From the NCBI GenBank assembly GCA_965603825.1, contig CBFDEM010000040.1:310001-374000 (forward strand): a stretch of DNA of 64,000 nt, in the 5' to 3' direction. This DNA is from Blepharisma stoltei ATCC 30299. Its lineage: Eukaryota > Protista > Ciliophora. The position numbers and the translations under genes were made by a program. The notes under the pieces are model-generated. The model did no database searches and was not told where the DNA came from. It saw only the letters and a list, made by a program, of their open reading frames with translations. Numbering within the stretch: position 1 is the stretch's first letter; each line of letters opens with the position of its first letter. This document shows, in pieces, positions 62,125 through 64,000 of this stretch.

Positions 62125-63567
62125 CTAAAGTGTTTTTGTGGGTTTAATGTTGAGAAATATATTAAGGAATTCCTCATAGGTGATTTTGTCAGTACGTCTT
62201 TTTCCTATTTCGTATAACATTTGCTCGATCCCCTTGTTACCAAGCTTATGGCCTTGACGGCTTAGTGCTTCTTCAATATCAGTTGCTGTGATAAAGCCTT
62301 TTCGTTCCACATCAAAATGCATAAAAGTAAGCCAAATTATTTCTTCTTGTAAGCTTAATTTTGAAGAAAGAGTGGCTGCGAGAAACTCACTATAATTAAG
62401 TGTGCCATTTCGGTCTACATCTATTGATTGAATCAACTCATCAATTTCTTTTTGGGCTAAATGCCAGCTCGAATTTTTAAGAGATTCACTCAATAATTGT
62501 ATAGAAATAACACCATTTTTGTATTGATCTAAACTGAGAAAAGATTCATTAAGTTCTTTAAGCTCGTGTATAGATAAATGTTTAATAAGAATCATCAAAG
62601 CTTCTTTTTGGAACAAAGAAATTTTTCTGTAATCCTGCAAAGCTTTCAACATTCCTGCATCTATTGAAAATTTGATAGGAGACTGAGAAATGAACCACGG
62701 ATGTGCTAAGGCTTCTGATGCCGATAATCTTTTAGCAGGATCTACACACATTAGCCGTTGTATAAGATTTCTTGCTTCAGGAGAGATATTGTTTCAAATT
62801 TCATCCTTCATTTGGTACTTTCCTATTAAAATCTGTCTGAAAATTTCAGATTGAGTATCTGAAAAAAATGGTAGATCTCCAGACATCATAGTATACATTA
62901 TGATCCCTACACTTCATAAATCACATTTGTTGCTATATGAGCCTGATAAAACTTCAGGTGCAATATAATATGGTGTGCCCACTTTCGAATGCAAATTTTT
63001 AAACTTTTTCCCAAATTTATTCGAAAGACCAAAGTCAACCAATTTTAGTTCAGCATCTTTATCGTCGGATTCAAATAAAAAATTTTCTGGTTTTATGTCT
63101 CTATGGACAATATTATTTAAATGCAAGTGATTTACTGCCATTAGAATTTTCTTTAAGAGGAATTTTGACTGATTTTCATCAAAATGGCCAGCTTCGATTA
63201 TTTTTGCAAATAATTCCCCACCAGAACAATATTCCATAACGATATATATAAATTTTTCATCTTCATAAGTTTCTATAAGCCGTATAATATTTGGATGATC
63301 TACTTGGACTAATATTTCAATTTCAGTCCGAAGTCTGTCAGAGTTATATGAAATTGACGACTTTGGAATAGACTTTATTGCTACTTTTGAATTTGTCCCT
63401 ATGAATGTAGCTATTCTGACTATTCCAAAGTGACCGCTGCCAATAATTTGTCCGAATTTATAAATTGATCTAATAGGCACTTGGCATAAAGATGTTGTCA
63501 CAATTTTACTTATAGTTAACGAATTCTTAGGCTTGACTTGTTTTTTGCTAGGAATGCACAAGCCCAT
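62125..63567 (-). CDS. Calcium-dependent protein kinase (CDPK)
   Basis: MGLC N-terminus; HRDIKPEN, DFG, APE, DLW(TGA)SVG; C-terminal EF hands (DVDRNGTLNYSE). Confidence 0.95.
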
Positions 63568-63715
63568 ATTTGCACCAATAGGTTTTATAATAATCGTGTA
63601 ACATTCACCAAAAATGCGGTTCAAGAAGGGAGCTTTAATTATTATTAATTTATTAAATAAAAATTATTGCCTTCGGGCTATTATGTTGTGCCATTAAAAA
63701 TTATATTTATTATGA

Positions 63716-64000
63716 ATGAATGACTTTGAAGAAGCCCTATTTTCATGCAACAAGACTCCTGGATTATTCTGCGCTCTTGTACTGTTTTCATGTGTGGGAA
63801 GTCCTTGCTGTGTCCAAGGTCGACTAGTGTCAAGAGTTTGTAAATCAAATTTCGCTCTGCATTGCTTTCTCCCATGTGGATTAGGGTGTATTGGTGCCGC
63901 TTATAATAGAGGGAGGCTAAGAGAAAAATATTCTATGAGGACCGCATATCTATCCGACTGCTTTGTTCATCTTTGTTGTACAATCTGTGCCGTAAATCAA
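63716..64000 (+). CDS. PLAC8-family Cys-rich protein (runs off the window end)
   Basis: FEEALFSC...PCCVQG...NRGRLREKYSM...DCFVHLCCTICAVNQ. Confidence 0.8.
   Translation, partial: MNDFEEALFSCNKTPGLFCALVLFSCVGSPCCVQGRLVSRVCKSNFALHCFLPCGLGCIGAAYNRGRLREKYSMRTAYLSDCFVHLCCTICAVNQ

Noticed and set aside
63681-63875. Minus-strand 64-aa ORF
   Set aside because: Antisense to the PLAC8-family gene on the plus strand

Overview
AT-rich, very gene-dense eukaryotic DNA that reads like the somatic (macronuclear) genome of a heterotrich ciliate, most consistent with Blepharisma. In-frame TGA falls on invariant tryptophans (kinase DLW, Rab QIWDT, GPS WxxxGC, DHHCxW, importin AVW), genes end in TAA or TAG, and the remaining in-frame stops are removed by 15-nt GTA...AG introns with an A at position 10. 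The supplied standard-code ORF track is therefore fragmented and misses several genes. Re-read with TGA=Trp, the window holds about 40 genes. Highlights: (1) a single-frame 3331-aa polycystin-1-like receptor with six LamG/Cys-rich modules, REJ, an intact GPS site and only 5 TMs; (2) a CENP-C/Mif2 candidate; (3) a ~1.65-kb tandem duplication that produced two atypical Rab-like GTPases and an ATP synthase subunit pseudogene; (4) a bacterial-type YbjN-like gene; (5) a SET-domain protein with a signal peptide; (6) strong gene-to-gene differences in TGA versus TGG use; (7) intergenic spacers of only 22-38 nt. I found no tRNA, rRNA, telomeric repeats, transposases or CRISPR arrays. Family assignments come from motif recognition by eye, not database searches.
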